A stretch of 62,231 nt of DNA, filler included, from Asterionella formosa (taxonomy: Eukaryota), in assembly GCA_002256025.1 (NCBI GenBank). It is 14 parts of 14 records of this genome, joined end to end, with 100 filler letters (N's around TTAATTAATTAA, not from the genome) between each part and the next. Parts side by side here need not be neighbours in the genome. Positions count along the whole stretch, not along the records: positions 1 to 4,367 come from NKIB01013570.1; positions 4,468 to 8,828 come from NKIB01013571.1; positions 8,929 to 13,290 come from NKIB01013572.1; 11 more parts are not named here. The stretch is one strand, 5' to 3'. Numbering within the stretch: the first letter of the stretch is position 1; every line of letters starts with the position of its first letter. Shown here piece by piece: positions 1 to 10,553 of the stretch. The notes under the pieces were generated by a model. The model was not told the DNA's origin and searched no databases. It worked only from the letters and a program-made list of their open reading frames with translations. Made by a program: the position numbers and the translations under genes.

Positions 1-1364
1 ATTTCTTTCTTGTGCTCTGCATCTGTAGCGAGCCGATCGAGGAATGCATTGTGACCCCTTCCGCAAAACCAGAGTCCCAGGTTAAATATCGCAACCAATC
101 CCGTAACATATCCAGCACCTTCATAGAGGAACACAAAACCGTATTCTCTGACGAGTATACCACCCAAAATTGATCCAATACCACCCCCAACGCAACTCAT
201 GACGGTCGTAAGAATTGACTGAACTGTTGTAGACCATTCTTTAGGTGCTACTGCGGCACTGTAATCGACACTGGCGACAAGAGCGCATGCGAATGTAACT
301 CCGTGAAAGACTTCCAAAGGCAAAACCCAATGGACGGTTGAGGGTCGAAGCATAGTATAACCGAAAACTCTAGTTGAGTATGCGGAAAGGGAAATAAGGA
401 AGAGGCCATCATGGCCGACTCTTTGAAGCAGAAATTTCGAACACCAGAATATCGGCAACTCAAATAACACTGTGACACCAACGGTCCAACCGCAAAGCAC
501 AGTGGTAGCATGCAAATCGTTTTGCAAGTAAACAAAAAGAAAGTTATCAACGAGTGACATAGCAGCTCCAACCAAGGCAACTTCGATAAGCCAAAATAAA
601 ACAGGCAATTTGCAGAGTGCTTCCCGCAAGTGTTCCGTTCGTGGTCTACGGGTTATTGGATTATCGTAATTAGCCTGTTCAGTTGAGCTTCTGGCCGATA
701 AGCCGAATGCCACAAAAAGCAACATGCCAAAGGACATTGTTCCGTACAACCAAAAATTGACTTGAAAGCCAAAGAGATCGGTGATGTACCCCATGATAAC
801 TGCTCCCATCCCCCAGCTGATGGCTGTCCATACTCGGATGGTGCCATAGAGTCCTCGATGTGCATCACCCAGAAAGTCCATGGTATGTGCATCCAACACG
901 CCGCCTGCTGTGAAAACAGCCGTTCCAGCAACGCAGGCAAATATTTTTCCGAATGAATCAATGAAGGGGAGAGATAACACCAGCAACGCACAAGTTGATA
1001 GGAACTTACACCCCAAGTACACCACCTTTCTCGAGTGTATACTATCCGCTACGGCGCCCCAGAGCGGTTGAGTGACGAATGAAATTATGGGGATGGCTCC
1101 AGATAATAATCCAATCTGAGGGGGTGTCAAATGCTTTACTTGATTGTAGTAAATGATGCCGAATCTACCCCAAGTTGAGGCAGACAGGCCGTTGAAGAAA
1201 TAGATGACCCTGAGTAAATTCAATGTTCGAACAGGAGGACCTTCCACTGATTCGCCTTGGTCGGTTTTCGCATCACTCTCTTTCCGCAGCAGCAAAGGTT
1301 CATCTTGCTCGCTGTCATTCTCTGCATTCGCGGCGTCAATCATGCTTTTTTCTTTCGGTGCCAT
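1..1364 (-). CDS. MFS transporter, MFSD6/MFS_1_like family (3' end runs off the contig)
   Basis: Manual translation from the ATG at 1364 gives an open frame to the window edge, which is why it is missing from the ORF track: MAPKEKS...YFFNGLSASTWGRFG...QPLWGAVAD...YGTIRVWTAISWG...LFELPIF...LEVFHGVTFA. Many hydrophobic segments and MFSD6-type motifs. Confidence 0.85.
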   Translation of the reverse strand, partial: MAPKEKSMIDAANAENDSEQDEPLLLRKESDAKTDQGESVEGPPVRTLNLLRVIYFFNGLSASTWGRFGIIYYNQVKHLTPPQIGLLSGAIPIISFVTQPLWGAVADSIHSRKVVYLGCKFLSTCALLVLSLPFIDSFGKIFACVAGTAVFTAGGVLDAHTMDFLGDAHRGLYGTIRVWTAISWGMGAVIMGYITDLFGFQVNFWLYGTMSFGMLLFVAFGLSARSSTEQANYDNPITRRPRTEHLREALCKLPVLFWLIEVALVGAAMSLVDNFLFVYLQNDLHATTVLCGWTVGVTVLFELPIFWCSKFLLQRVGHDGLFLISLSAYSTRVFGYTMLRPSTVHWVLPLEVFHGVTFACALVASVDYSAAVAPKEWSTTVQSILTTVMSCVGGGIGSILGGILVREYGFVFLYEGAGYVTGLVAIFNLGLWFCGRGHNAFLDRLATDAEHKKE

Positions 1365-1683
1365 GGAAGAACTTATGGGTGCCTGATGGTAGATTCCACC
1401 TCATTATTTACACCGGTAGTACGTTTCATTGTGAGACACGCATAAACGAACTAAGAAAAAAAAAATAAGGCTTTGCTCAAAAATCATCGCGACTTCTGAT
1501 AGTGATACAGGGTTAGGGTTACTGCTTTGTTGTTCTATTCTAAATACCGGTATTTCATTCATTGCCTAGCTTTGTGCCGGTAGTACATATGAACATTATT
1601 TTTCACAGGCAAAGGCGTTCAACGAAAAAAGTAAGCAAGTATCATAGTAAATGGCTGCCCTTTTGTAGGGGACATAAATAATG

Positions 1684-4203
1684 TTAGGAACTTGTGCTCC
1701 CAACTAACTTCATTTCAACTCGCACAACAGAGATATCGGTCAAAACGTGGCCAACGGCTTCGTCACATGCGAGCAGAGGAAGTGTCGTCTGCAGTTTGGC
1801 GTCAGTGTTCTTCCACGCTTGAGGTCTTGAAGCCTTGGAATATTCTGAAACAAACACGAGGGGGGATGGGTTCAACTTATCAACCTTCACGTAATACTCA
1901 ATATCACCAGTCATGAATCCTTCCATTGTCACCACCGCCTTTTGTTCCAATAACGACTCGGCGCTTCTTCCATTTGGCTCAACAACCGTTGCCCGGATGA
2001 GCCACGGGCCTACTGATGCATCTTCGCCGTACTTGACTCTTTGCCCTACACAGTCAAACTGATCAGCTTTTCGGAACGGAAAACTAGTTGGGAATAAGGC
2101 AAATACCCGTCCATCCTCTCGGAGAAATACAGCATAATCCTTGCGGCATTGGAGCCAACCAGATTTCAGTGTCCCTGCTTGAACTCGTTCCAAGAACGAA
2201 ACAACGCTTTTGTCGCTGAACATACCTAAACCAGCACTGTGCAATGCTTCTCGCAACACAAATTTCCAGAAAAAGAGGCTTTGCTCTTTCCATTCCTTCG
2301 TTTCAAATGTAATGCCCATGGGAAGGCGCTCCACTTTTCTCAAAAAAGGTCCAAGAATAGCCCCGTGCAATAGAGTCCTCGCTTCATCACTTTCTATCGC
2401 AAGAGAACTTAAATTATTCATGCTGCCTTCACCATAAATCTCTTCTAGCAGGGGTAGTAATTTGTTGCGCAGCTTGCCTCGAGTGGACCAATGCGGCGTG
2501 GTATCCTTGAAATATGGGACGCCGTACGTGTGTGCATAATCAAATATTTTGTCTTTTTCCAATGTCAATAGTGGTCGATAAATGACAACGCCGTCATTCT
2601 TAGAGACAGCCGTCATACCAGACAAGTCAAGAGGCCCACATCCCTTGTGGGCGTTGGAAAGTACATTTTCACGAAGATCACCGCGATGATGACCTAGCAT
2701 GACTCCTATTTCGACATTCCCATGAACATCACATTCTTTGACCGTTGCTCGATATGTGTGATATCGAGCGTCTCGAGCAATTCGTTCATAATCATCGCGG
2801 GCTGTGATTCCCCGCGTCACCTCATCGATACGACGGCACGTGTAGTTAATGTGCGATTGATGACAGTAGCGTTCCACAAAAGCAGCCTCTGCCGATGATT
2901 CAGGTCGGTTTCCATAATCAATATGAATGGCATATACTTTGATATTGTAGTTAGTTTCTGCCATGTGCGCCAAGACGGATGCAATTACCATGCTGTCGAC
3001 TCCTCCTGAGAGTGAGACTATGACTGGTACAGAAGTTTCACTCAGGGGTGTAACTCCTAGCTCTTTCAAAAAATTAGATATCGTAGTATACACCACATGA
3101 TTTACGGCGTGCTTCATGTCCACCTTGAACGCGACTGTTTCCAAAATGTCCTCGTCCAAAAACTCCAACTTTTGTTCCGTGCCTGTGCGCCTCGATTCAT
3201 CTTGAAGGACTGCCATTCTCCTATTCGTAGCCTTTCTAAACCGCCTTGTCATACCATCCAATTGCACTTGCATCTCGGCCATTGTTGCAATGTGGCATTG
3301 TACAAAAGCCACACTCGTCGTCGTCGAAGCATGGCGGTAGGGCATTATCCCAAAAATGTACATTGGTAGTGGTACCATACCAGAAGCGATTTCTGATTCA
3401 TGCTTTTCGAATAACAACTGTGCAATGTGGTATGCAAGATGGTCCATTGTGGATTGGGGTGGTAATGGTGACATCGCGTGCTCAGAGTAGTGCCTTTGTA
3501 TGTGCCTCGAGAATTGGTCAAGACAAACAATGGCGGCCAGTTTGCCATAGTAGCTATATATCTCATCACACCAATTTTCCCACAAGCCTTCTGACAATTT
3601 TAGTACTATGGACTCAAACTTGTCCCCAATATCAGCATCTACTTTTCTCCGTTGCTCCACAGAGGAATTGGCAATCATCCATAGCTTTTTCTGCGCTTCT
3701 TCCGGCGTGTATTGACCGAACCAGTAGTGGAGCACGGTCTGAATCATTTGCTGATTTGTTACTTTCGATTTTGTTGAAGGCAATAATGATCGGATGAACG
3801 ATTGAGCTGTCTGAGTAGTCGGAATGGCAACGACATCCGTGAGGAGATGATTCCATACCTTGATGGTGCCAGCCACAACGTTCCGCAGTCGATTGAACTC
3901 TCGCTTGACCAATGTCCCTACCGTCGTTTCCAGTAATCCTCCCACAACAGAGCTGCATAAGATCCGTTGTAGCTTGCACAATTCTCTCAGAGATCGAAAC
4001 TGCGGTGTGCTCCAGTACTTAATAACAAATAGCATCAACGCGACGCATGTCAGAGCTGGCCTTGGCTGAATCCTCAGAGGCGTCGAGGCTTGCTCTGGCA
4101 AGAGCTTCAAGAATACATTCCGACCTGTGGGTGCATATGGAGAGATTGCGCCCACAGGTGAAGCATGATGCTTGTTACTCATTATCGTCGTCGTTCTTGT
4201 CAT
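1684..4203 (-). CDS. tilS: DUF924-like domain fused to a PP-loop tRNA(Ile)-lysidine synthase (TilS/MesJ)-like domain
   Basis: 839-aa ORF. DUF924-type motifs VLHYWFG...LAAIVCLDQFSRHI...MPYRH, followed by the PP-loop SLSGGVDSMV, HIDYGNR, GHHRGD, RPLL and DTTPHWSTRGKLRN. Start codon uncertain. Confidence 0.85.
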   Translation of the reverse strand: MTRTTTIMSNKHHASPVGAISPYAPTGRNVFLKLLPEQASTPLRIQPRPALTCVALMLFVIKYWSTPQFRSLRELCKLQRILCSSVVGGLLETTVGTLVKREFNRLRNVVAGTIKVWNHLLTDVVAIPTTQTAQSFIRSLLPSTKSKVTNQQMIQTVLHYWFGQYTPEEAQKKLWMIANSSVEQRRKVDADIGDKFESIVLKLSEGLWENWCDEIYSYYGKLAAIVCLDQFSRHIQRHYSEHAMSPLPPQSTMDHLAYHIAQLLFEKHESEIASGMVPLPMYIFGIMPYRHASTTTSVAFVQCHIATMAEMQVQLDGMTRRFRKATNRRMAVLQDESRRTGTEQKLEFLDEDILETVAFKVDMKHAVNHVVYTTISNFLKELGVTPLSETSVPVIVSLSGGVDSMVIASVLAHMAETNYNIKVYAIHIDYGNRPESSAEAAFVERYCHQSHINYTCRRIDEVTRGITARDDYERIARDARYHTYRATVKECDVHGNVEIGVMLGHHRGDLRENVLSNAHKGCGPLDLSGMTAVSKNDGVVIYRPLLTLEKDKIFDYAHTYGVPYFKDTTPHWSTRGKLRNKLLPLLEEIYGEGSMNNLSSLAIESDEARTLLHGAILGPFLRKVERLPMGITFETKEWKEQSLFFWKFVLREALHSAGLGMFSDKSVVSFLERVQAGTLKSGWLQCRKDYAVFLREDGRVFALFPTSFPFRKADQFDCVGQRVKYGEDASVGPWLIRATVVEPNGRSAESLLEQKAVVTMEGFMTGDIEYYVKVDKLNPSPLVFVSEYSKASRPQAWKNTDAKLQTTLPLLACDEAVGHVLTDISVVRVEMKLVGSTSS

Positions 4204-4367
4204 GGTGAGAACTTCGTTCTTTTTGATCCTGAGAAGGGTTACATAGTAATTAATAGCGGCGGTGGTATCTTAATTAATCTTCCGGTATCTGGTAGTCTAC
4301 CAGGTCTACCTACTAACGGGCACACAGCGATGAGCATGATACCGATTCCTGGAACTCCGAATTGGTA

Positions 4368-4467
4368 NNNNNNNNNNNNNNNNNNNNNNNNNNNNNNNNN
4401 NNNNNNNNNNNTTAATTAATTAANNNNNNNNNNNNNNNNNNNNNNNNNNNNNNNNNNNNNNNNNNNN
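4368..4467. other. Artificial contig-joining spacer N44-TTAATTAATTAA-N44 (first of 13)
   Basis: Identical 100-nt spacers start at 4368, 8829, 13291, 17751, 22211, 26665, 31117, 35569, 40018, 44464, 48907, 53349 and 57791. The 12-mer gives stops in all six frames. Confidence 0.98.
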
Positions 4468-4947
4468 TGAGCTCCCAAAGGACAGAGCGGCTGTGCAGCT
4501 AAAGTGAAGGCGGACCACTCGACCGGGAGGCAGCGAGTCGCTAAGAGTAGTACTGACAGCAGCATCTAACATGATGGTACAATTGTTGTTGTTGTTGCTG
4601 CTGTTGCTGTTGTCTGCTGCAGTGCCAAGTGACAGTCTAGGTATGACCTATACAGACAAGTTCAGATTTGCTGCAATTCGAATCCGGATGATGATTATAT
4701 CAGTACCGGTATGATGCTGATGATGATCATACATGTTAAATCATGGTGTCAACAGATGAAGTGATGGACATCCTTCTACGGGTCGTTCGTTCTACCTGGT
4801 ACTACAAATCATAGGATCCAGAACCACAAACCCTACGTATGTCATACGTTTTGTACATGCACATGAGCTTATATTCGGCATGTCGTAAATCATATAACGT
4901 ATATTAACTTCACTTCTATAGCGCCTTTAAACTGCTCTACCGGTATT

Positions 4948-6000
4948 TGTGATTGTACTGGTAGTGCAACCTGGCTACAGTACTCGATGACATATCAGTC
5001 TTTGTCTTTAGGTCTGACTACCTGGTACTTTTGTGACCTCCTTTTTTCTTGTTTATGCATCTAAACAATCATTCTCTAGTACTCTAATCACTCTTTTCAA
5101 CAAAAACCCCTTCCAATCTCCTCTAGAGCTTGTCAGGTCAGCTATTGCTCAGTCTAACACTCTCTCAACTCCTCAATTGTTCATCGTCTTCTTTCATCCC
5201 TCTCATCCTTATCCTTCACAACAGCTTGTGACCCCAAATCTTTTCTCTTACCATTCGAATTGAACTGAATTGAATTGTTGTGAACAGCACCTTTTTTGTT
5301 TTCCTTATCTCATTATTTTCTTTCTTGTTTGCTTGCAAACAGAGTTGATCATCCGATATCTGTGATCACACCTTAACAACTGAATCATTTTGTGCTGGTG
5401 AGACAAGATAAATGTCTAGTACCTCTACTCCTAATACTACTTCTGGTACTTCTTCTTGGTGCCCACCCGGTCCTCCATTCCCCTTCCAGTCTTGTTGATC
5501 TACGCGACTTCACCTGCTAACTCCAATGTGGATGCTACATTTATTTCGCAGTACCGCTACACAACTTGCATGTCTTTGGGCTAACCCTGGTTCCACCCCG
5601 CCAGCACCAGCAGTTCATATTGCATCACGCCCTCTACTGCACCAATTGCCTCGATTTCTAATATTGCCCCGCCTATTCCTGCATTTCGAGATATTGATGA
5701 CGTGAGCGACTCACCCTGATCCTGGAAAATTTCTCACACAGCCATTTACATATCCATATATCACTACCAGATCCCGACATCACAGTCATCACCATCAATC
5801 TGCATTTGTACCCAGAGCATAGTACCACCTTTCGCCCAGAAGACATCATCCCACTTCGTTACCTTAAGGGGCTTGGGTCTAATGCTCATTTTTGCAAGAA
5901 GAACTATTCTCATTAACAATCGGCTGCAAGCTAATGAAAGAACCACACAAATTTTGAAAACGAAAACTCGAAGAGATTGACCATAATGGCTAAAATTCAC
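4948..6000 (+). mobile_element. Possible decayed LTR plus gag-like remnant
   Basis: Pyrimidine-rich ~420-nt segment bounded by TGTGAT...ATCACA, followed by a broken Ser/Thr/Pro-rich frame starting MSSTSTPNTT. No diagnostic domain recognised. Confidence 0.25.
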
Positions 6001-6764
6001 CAAAAAGCATTATCATTAAATTGAGAAATGCTTTTTAATGATGTGCACCCATCATTGCTTCAACTCAGATCCAAACAGACCGTTTCCACAACACCACACC
6101 AGTATGCAATCCTCTACAAGCATCATGATATAGAGGAATCATACTGAAAGTTTTGATTCTACTGTTGTTCTTGTCCTTGCCATGGATTTTTTAATTATCA
6201 AATTTAATTGATGATTGCTGGTATCATGATGTTGTTTGAGTAATATTAGCTATCACAGCCAGGTTGTACCTGTAGTCTATATGCTAATACTAGCTACCAG
6301 TAGACTTGTTTACACTAATTAACACCTAGTAATGCAATTGCTTCTTTCTGGGATTTTGGTTCCTTTTTTATGAGGGGTTTTCTCGTTTGCTTGTTGCTCT
6401 AAATTTCTGCTCATTGCTATTTGCAATTGCATTTTGCTCTACTAAGTAGTTGTTCTTTGAAAGTCAGCATGTTTTAGAAATTGATGCTAGTTAGCTAGTC
6501 TTTCATAATTCTTGTATAACATTTCAAAGCCTTGCTGGTTTGAAGCCAAAAAGTGATCAAAAGGAGGAATTTCTGGATTTTCTTGTTTCCTCAAGCATGT
6601 CAACTTACCTGGGCTTTGAGGAGGAGATCGAAATGAGAAGAAACCTGATTTTCTTGGTCCTTTTGCTATTGCTATTAGCGGCATGCCAGTTGAGAATTCA
6701 GTCCCCTAATCCTTTTTGTACTATAATATGCATACCAGTAGTCTATATCGCCATTGGCCATTAA

Positions 6765-6960
6765 GGTTCCTGCATTTGAGGTAGGGTTAGAAGATAATAT
6801 TCAGTCAGAGTAGTCAAACACACATTTCTTACGAGTAAATTATAAATGTATATCGCTTAACAGAGCTTTCACCAATATTAACCCTTGTTTCCATGTGCTT
6901 AGATACAGTCATTGATCAAAGTAGAGGTATAGGTCAACGCTTTATGATATCGTCAGGATT
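6765..6960 (+). mobile_element. Non-autonomous repeat family A (TTAA|GG terminus, Kolobok-like), copy 1
   Basis: TTAA-GGTTCCTGCATT...GAGGTAGGGTT...GAGCTTTCACCA aligns with 16426 onward, 38052 onward and (reverse) 47440-47600. Confidence 0.7.
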
Positions 6961-7723
6961 ATTTCGAAATTTAAGAAATGGCAGAATGATGTCAGAGGGG
7001 AAATGTGCGGATTCAACTGATGATGCCTTGAAAGGCGATTTCGTTAAAAAAAATTGGCCCAAGGTGCCGTGTGAAACCTCAGAAAAGATAGATACTGCAC
7101 CACCCGTGAATCGAACACGGGGCCCAACGATGGCAACGTTGGATTTTACCACTAAACCAGTGGTGCTATTGGATGGTGACATTCTAAAATGATAACAAGT
7201 ATTTATACCGATAAAACGTTTTCCAGATAGAGCATGGTGCAGGTACAGGTACAGAACGTACATTTCCAAGAGAACTTGACCGCCAAGTACCGGTATGTAC
7301 ATACTTACGAAAATGTACCTGGTACTGGAATTGCCTTGCAGTTCATATGTACGGTACGCACCAGTGTAAAATGTCGCGAAATACGTAATATTCCGATGCA
7401 CCAAATCTGATACAAACTGTCAGGTACCAAGTACCTGTACATACATTTTATGATTCGTCGGCGTCGATTTTTTTCAGTCGCCCAAAAGAATCGTTGACAC
7501 GAATCGACACATGAACGAAAGAATAATAAAGCGTTTTATGCCATCCGTGTTACTTTTGTTATACTGCTCTCACCATTATTTTCTTTTCAGTTCTTGTTTT
7601 GTTTGGGTAGTACAAAACAGCAATCCACGACGAGGAATATTTGGAAATTGATTGCTGCTCCACAGCAACAGTAACATCATCAACAGCGATTATTTCACCA
7701 ACCATCAAGGCCACTCAAAAAAG

Positions 7724-7963
7724 ATGATGTTGAGAGTCGCTCAAACAGCCGCGTTTATGGTCCTTCTTTTGTTGCCGGCTACTACAAGCGCCTTGGCACA
7801 TCGTAACGAATTGCAATTGACAGAGGAAGAGAGAATATTGATGGATCTGGAGCAATGGGCTGACATGGAAATGGAAAGATACCAGAAAGTAAGAGGGATC
7901 TTACCAATTCGTGCTCAGACACATGACGACGAGGGGAGAATCAAGGGGCTTCGAGGCAAGTAA
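7724..7963 (+). CDS. Small putative secreted protein (79 aa)
   Basis: MMLRVAQTAAFMVLLLLPATTSALA looks like a signal peptide, followed by a charged helical body and a C-terminal GLRGK. No homology recognised. Confidence 0.45.
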   Translation: MMLRVAQTAAFMVLLLLPATTSALAHRNELQLTEEERILMDLEQWADMEMERYQKVRGILPIRAQTHDDEGRIKGLRGK

Positions 7964-8961
7964 TAAATGGATAGAGCGAACCTATCACGCACGACGAGAG
8001 ATGCCCAGTTACTAAAATGACTAATATTACATAGATTTTTTTTACGATAAGGGATTGATCGAAAAATTGCATAACTTGGTACGAAGGTGAGCAGTTCATC
8101 CTCCAAGCTCCATGTAAGGAAAAAGCGGGTCATGACACTGTAACATAAAGTGAATTCACAATTGCTCTTTATCGCCCTCTTAAATGAATTTGAATTTCCC
8201 TAAGAACATTGTAGATGTCATTGCCCGGAAGGATCCCTAGATCAAGTAACGGTAGCAAATTTCCGTCCCAATCGGCGGCTATCTGCAGATATTTAAAAGT
8301 ATGCTCTGCTAAGCCATTTTAAATGTCCATCTCATCATTTCGACCAAAGCCCACACTTGAGATGCAAGTACCAGGTAGCAAGGCATCCCCTTACTTGCTA
8401 TTTTGGCGACAAGTCGACATCATCAGTGGTGCACTACGCACAGAACACGTACATGATATACCGGTATGCCAGCAGTTAAAATGATTGTCATGATGGTTTT
8501 GTATACTTGACGAAATATTGATGCCAGCCAGAACTACCCACGTTTTACGGTTGTTCATCCGACGACGTACAGTACCGGTAAATAGGCTATTTCCGTTTCT
8601 ACATAGCAACCTGGTACCCGTACCCCGGTACTTACAGATATTTATGATAGTCTCCAACCGGTAGAACCGAATTATTATTACAACTGACGAGTGTACATGG
8701 CGGTACAAGGTACCGTTATACTACCGGTAAGCGTGTGGGCGAACCTGCTGGCTGCCTATCATACGAATATCGGAGGCCAACCGGTCGGCGTGGAATGTAT
8801 TACGGGCTAGGTGCGGGAATTGCAAACANNNNNNNNNNNNNNNNNNNNNNNNNNNNNNNNNNNNNNNNNNNNTTAATTAATTAANNNNNNNNNNNNNNNN
8901 NNNNNNNNNNNNNNNNNNNNNNNNNNNNAACAAGAACCAAATCACAACGAACAAATCAAAC

Positions 8962-10069
8962 ATGGCGAATATCAATGCTACACTCTCCCCAGCCCTCCAT
9001 CAGCGTGATGCTCCTATTGTGTCTGAGTATGTCGAACGAGTAGAGCTCGTTAGGAGTGGATGCTGTCCTTATCATGCAGACATTCAGCATCGGAAAACGA
9101 GTGTGTGGAAGACTTTGCGAGAGAGCTGCCCTACATGCGATCATGAACATATGAATACCTCAGTGCCTACTGCTCCAACGACTATAATGGCTCAGCAGCC
9201 TCTTTGGCCAGCAACAAAATCTCAGCAGTCAAGCACTTCAATTGCTGCAATTCTTTCAGAGATGAAAATGAATGAGCACGATGCTTGCATTCAAGAGGTC
9301 GGTCTCATGAAGCGTCAGAGCTTGGCTGTGAATAATTACAACAACAAGGTGGCGATTGCTACAGCAGATAGTATGAAGAACCAAATTCCAGCCACTTTAA
9401 TTAGATTTCAGCCTCCAAAATTGGAAAAATATGTCGAACGGTTGAAAGCAAATGATCCAAGTTTGACTAACCTTTACCTCTATGATAATTCAATTGAGGA
9501 AGAGGGCGCCAAGGCCATTGTAGAGGCTCTCAAGGTCAATACTGTCTTGAAAAATTCAATTGGTAAGGCCATTGCAGAGGCCCTCAAGGTCAATACTGTC
9601 TTGACAACACTTTCTCTCTATGATAATTCCCTTGGTGATGAAGGCGCCAAGGCCATTGCAGAGGCCCTCAAGGTCAATACTGTCTTAACAACACTTTCTC
9701 TCTATGATAATTCAATTGGTGATGAGGGCGCCAAGGCGATTGCAGAGGCCCTCAAGGTCAATACTATCTTGACAAAACTTTCTCTCTATGATAATTCAAT
9801 TGGTGATGAGGGCGCCAAGGCCATTGCAGAGGCCCTCAAGGTCAATACTGTCTTGACAACACTTGCTCTCTATGATAATTCAATTGGTAATGATTTAATA
9901 AATGACATTCAAAAACTTCTTGATGTAAACAAGAATCGCAAACCATCTGCCATCACAATTCAGCCAATCTCAACAACAACAAGTACAATGCCTATTTCTT
10001 CCCCAAAATCTCCAAAAGCAACCAATAGCAATTCCACTTATCCCATTTCCAGTAGTTGGTCGAAAATAA
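8962..10069 (+). CDS. Cys/His N-terminal module + partial ARM repeat + RI-like leucine-rich repeats (5' part, interrupted by a gap)
   Basis: CCPYH..DIQ..CPTCD module, one ARM-like unit, then about five 28-aa repeats LKVNTVLTTLSLYDNSIGDEGAKAIAEA and a Ser/Thr/Pro linker. Confidence 0.85.
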
Positions 10070-10553
10070 NNNNNNNNNNNNNNNNNNNNNNNNNNNNNNN
10101 NNNNNNNNNNNNNNNNNNNNNNNNNNNNNNNNNNNNNNNNNNNNNNNNNNNNNNNNNNNNNNNNNNNNNNNNNNNNNNNNNNNNNNNNNNNNNNNNNNNN
10201 NNNNNNNNNNNNNNNNNNNNNNNNNNNNNNNNNNNNNNNNNNNNNNNNNNNNNNNNNNNNNNNNNNNNNNNNNNNNNNNNNNNNNNNNNNNNNNNNNNNN
10301 NNNNNNNNNNNNNNNNNNNNNNNNNNNNNNNNNNNNNNNNNNNNNNNNNNNNNNNNNNNNNNNNNNNNNNNNNNNNNNNNNNNNNNNNNNNNNNNNNNNN
10401 NNNNNNNNNNNNNNNNNNNNNNNNNNNNNNNNNNNNNNNNNNNNNNNNNNNNNNNNNNNNNNNNNNNNNNNNNNNNNNNNNNNNNNNNNNNNNNNNNNNN
10501 NNNNNNNNNNNNNNNNNNNNNNNNNNNNNNNNNNNNNNNNNNNNNNNNNNNNN
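10070..10553. other. Intra-scaffold assembly gap (484 N, no linker)
   Basis: The N run lacks the TTAATTAATTAA linker and lies between the LRR and ARM arrays. Confidence 0.95.

Noticed and set aside
248..1468. Short ORFs listed over the first 1.4 kb
   Set aside because: They are alternative or antisense frames of the MFS transporter, whose own frame lacks a stop within the window.
4412..4423. TTAATTAATTAA as a biological repeat
   Set aside because: It is always embedded in N44 blocks; it is an assembly linker.
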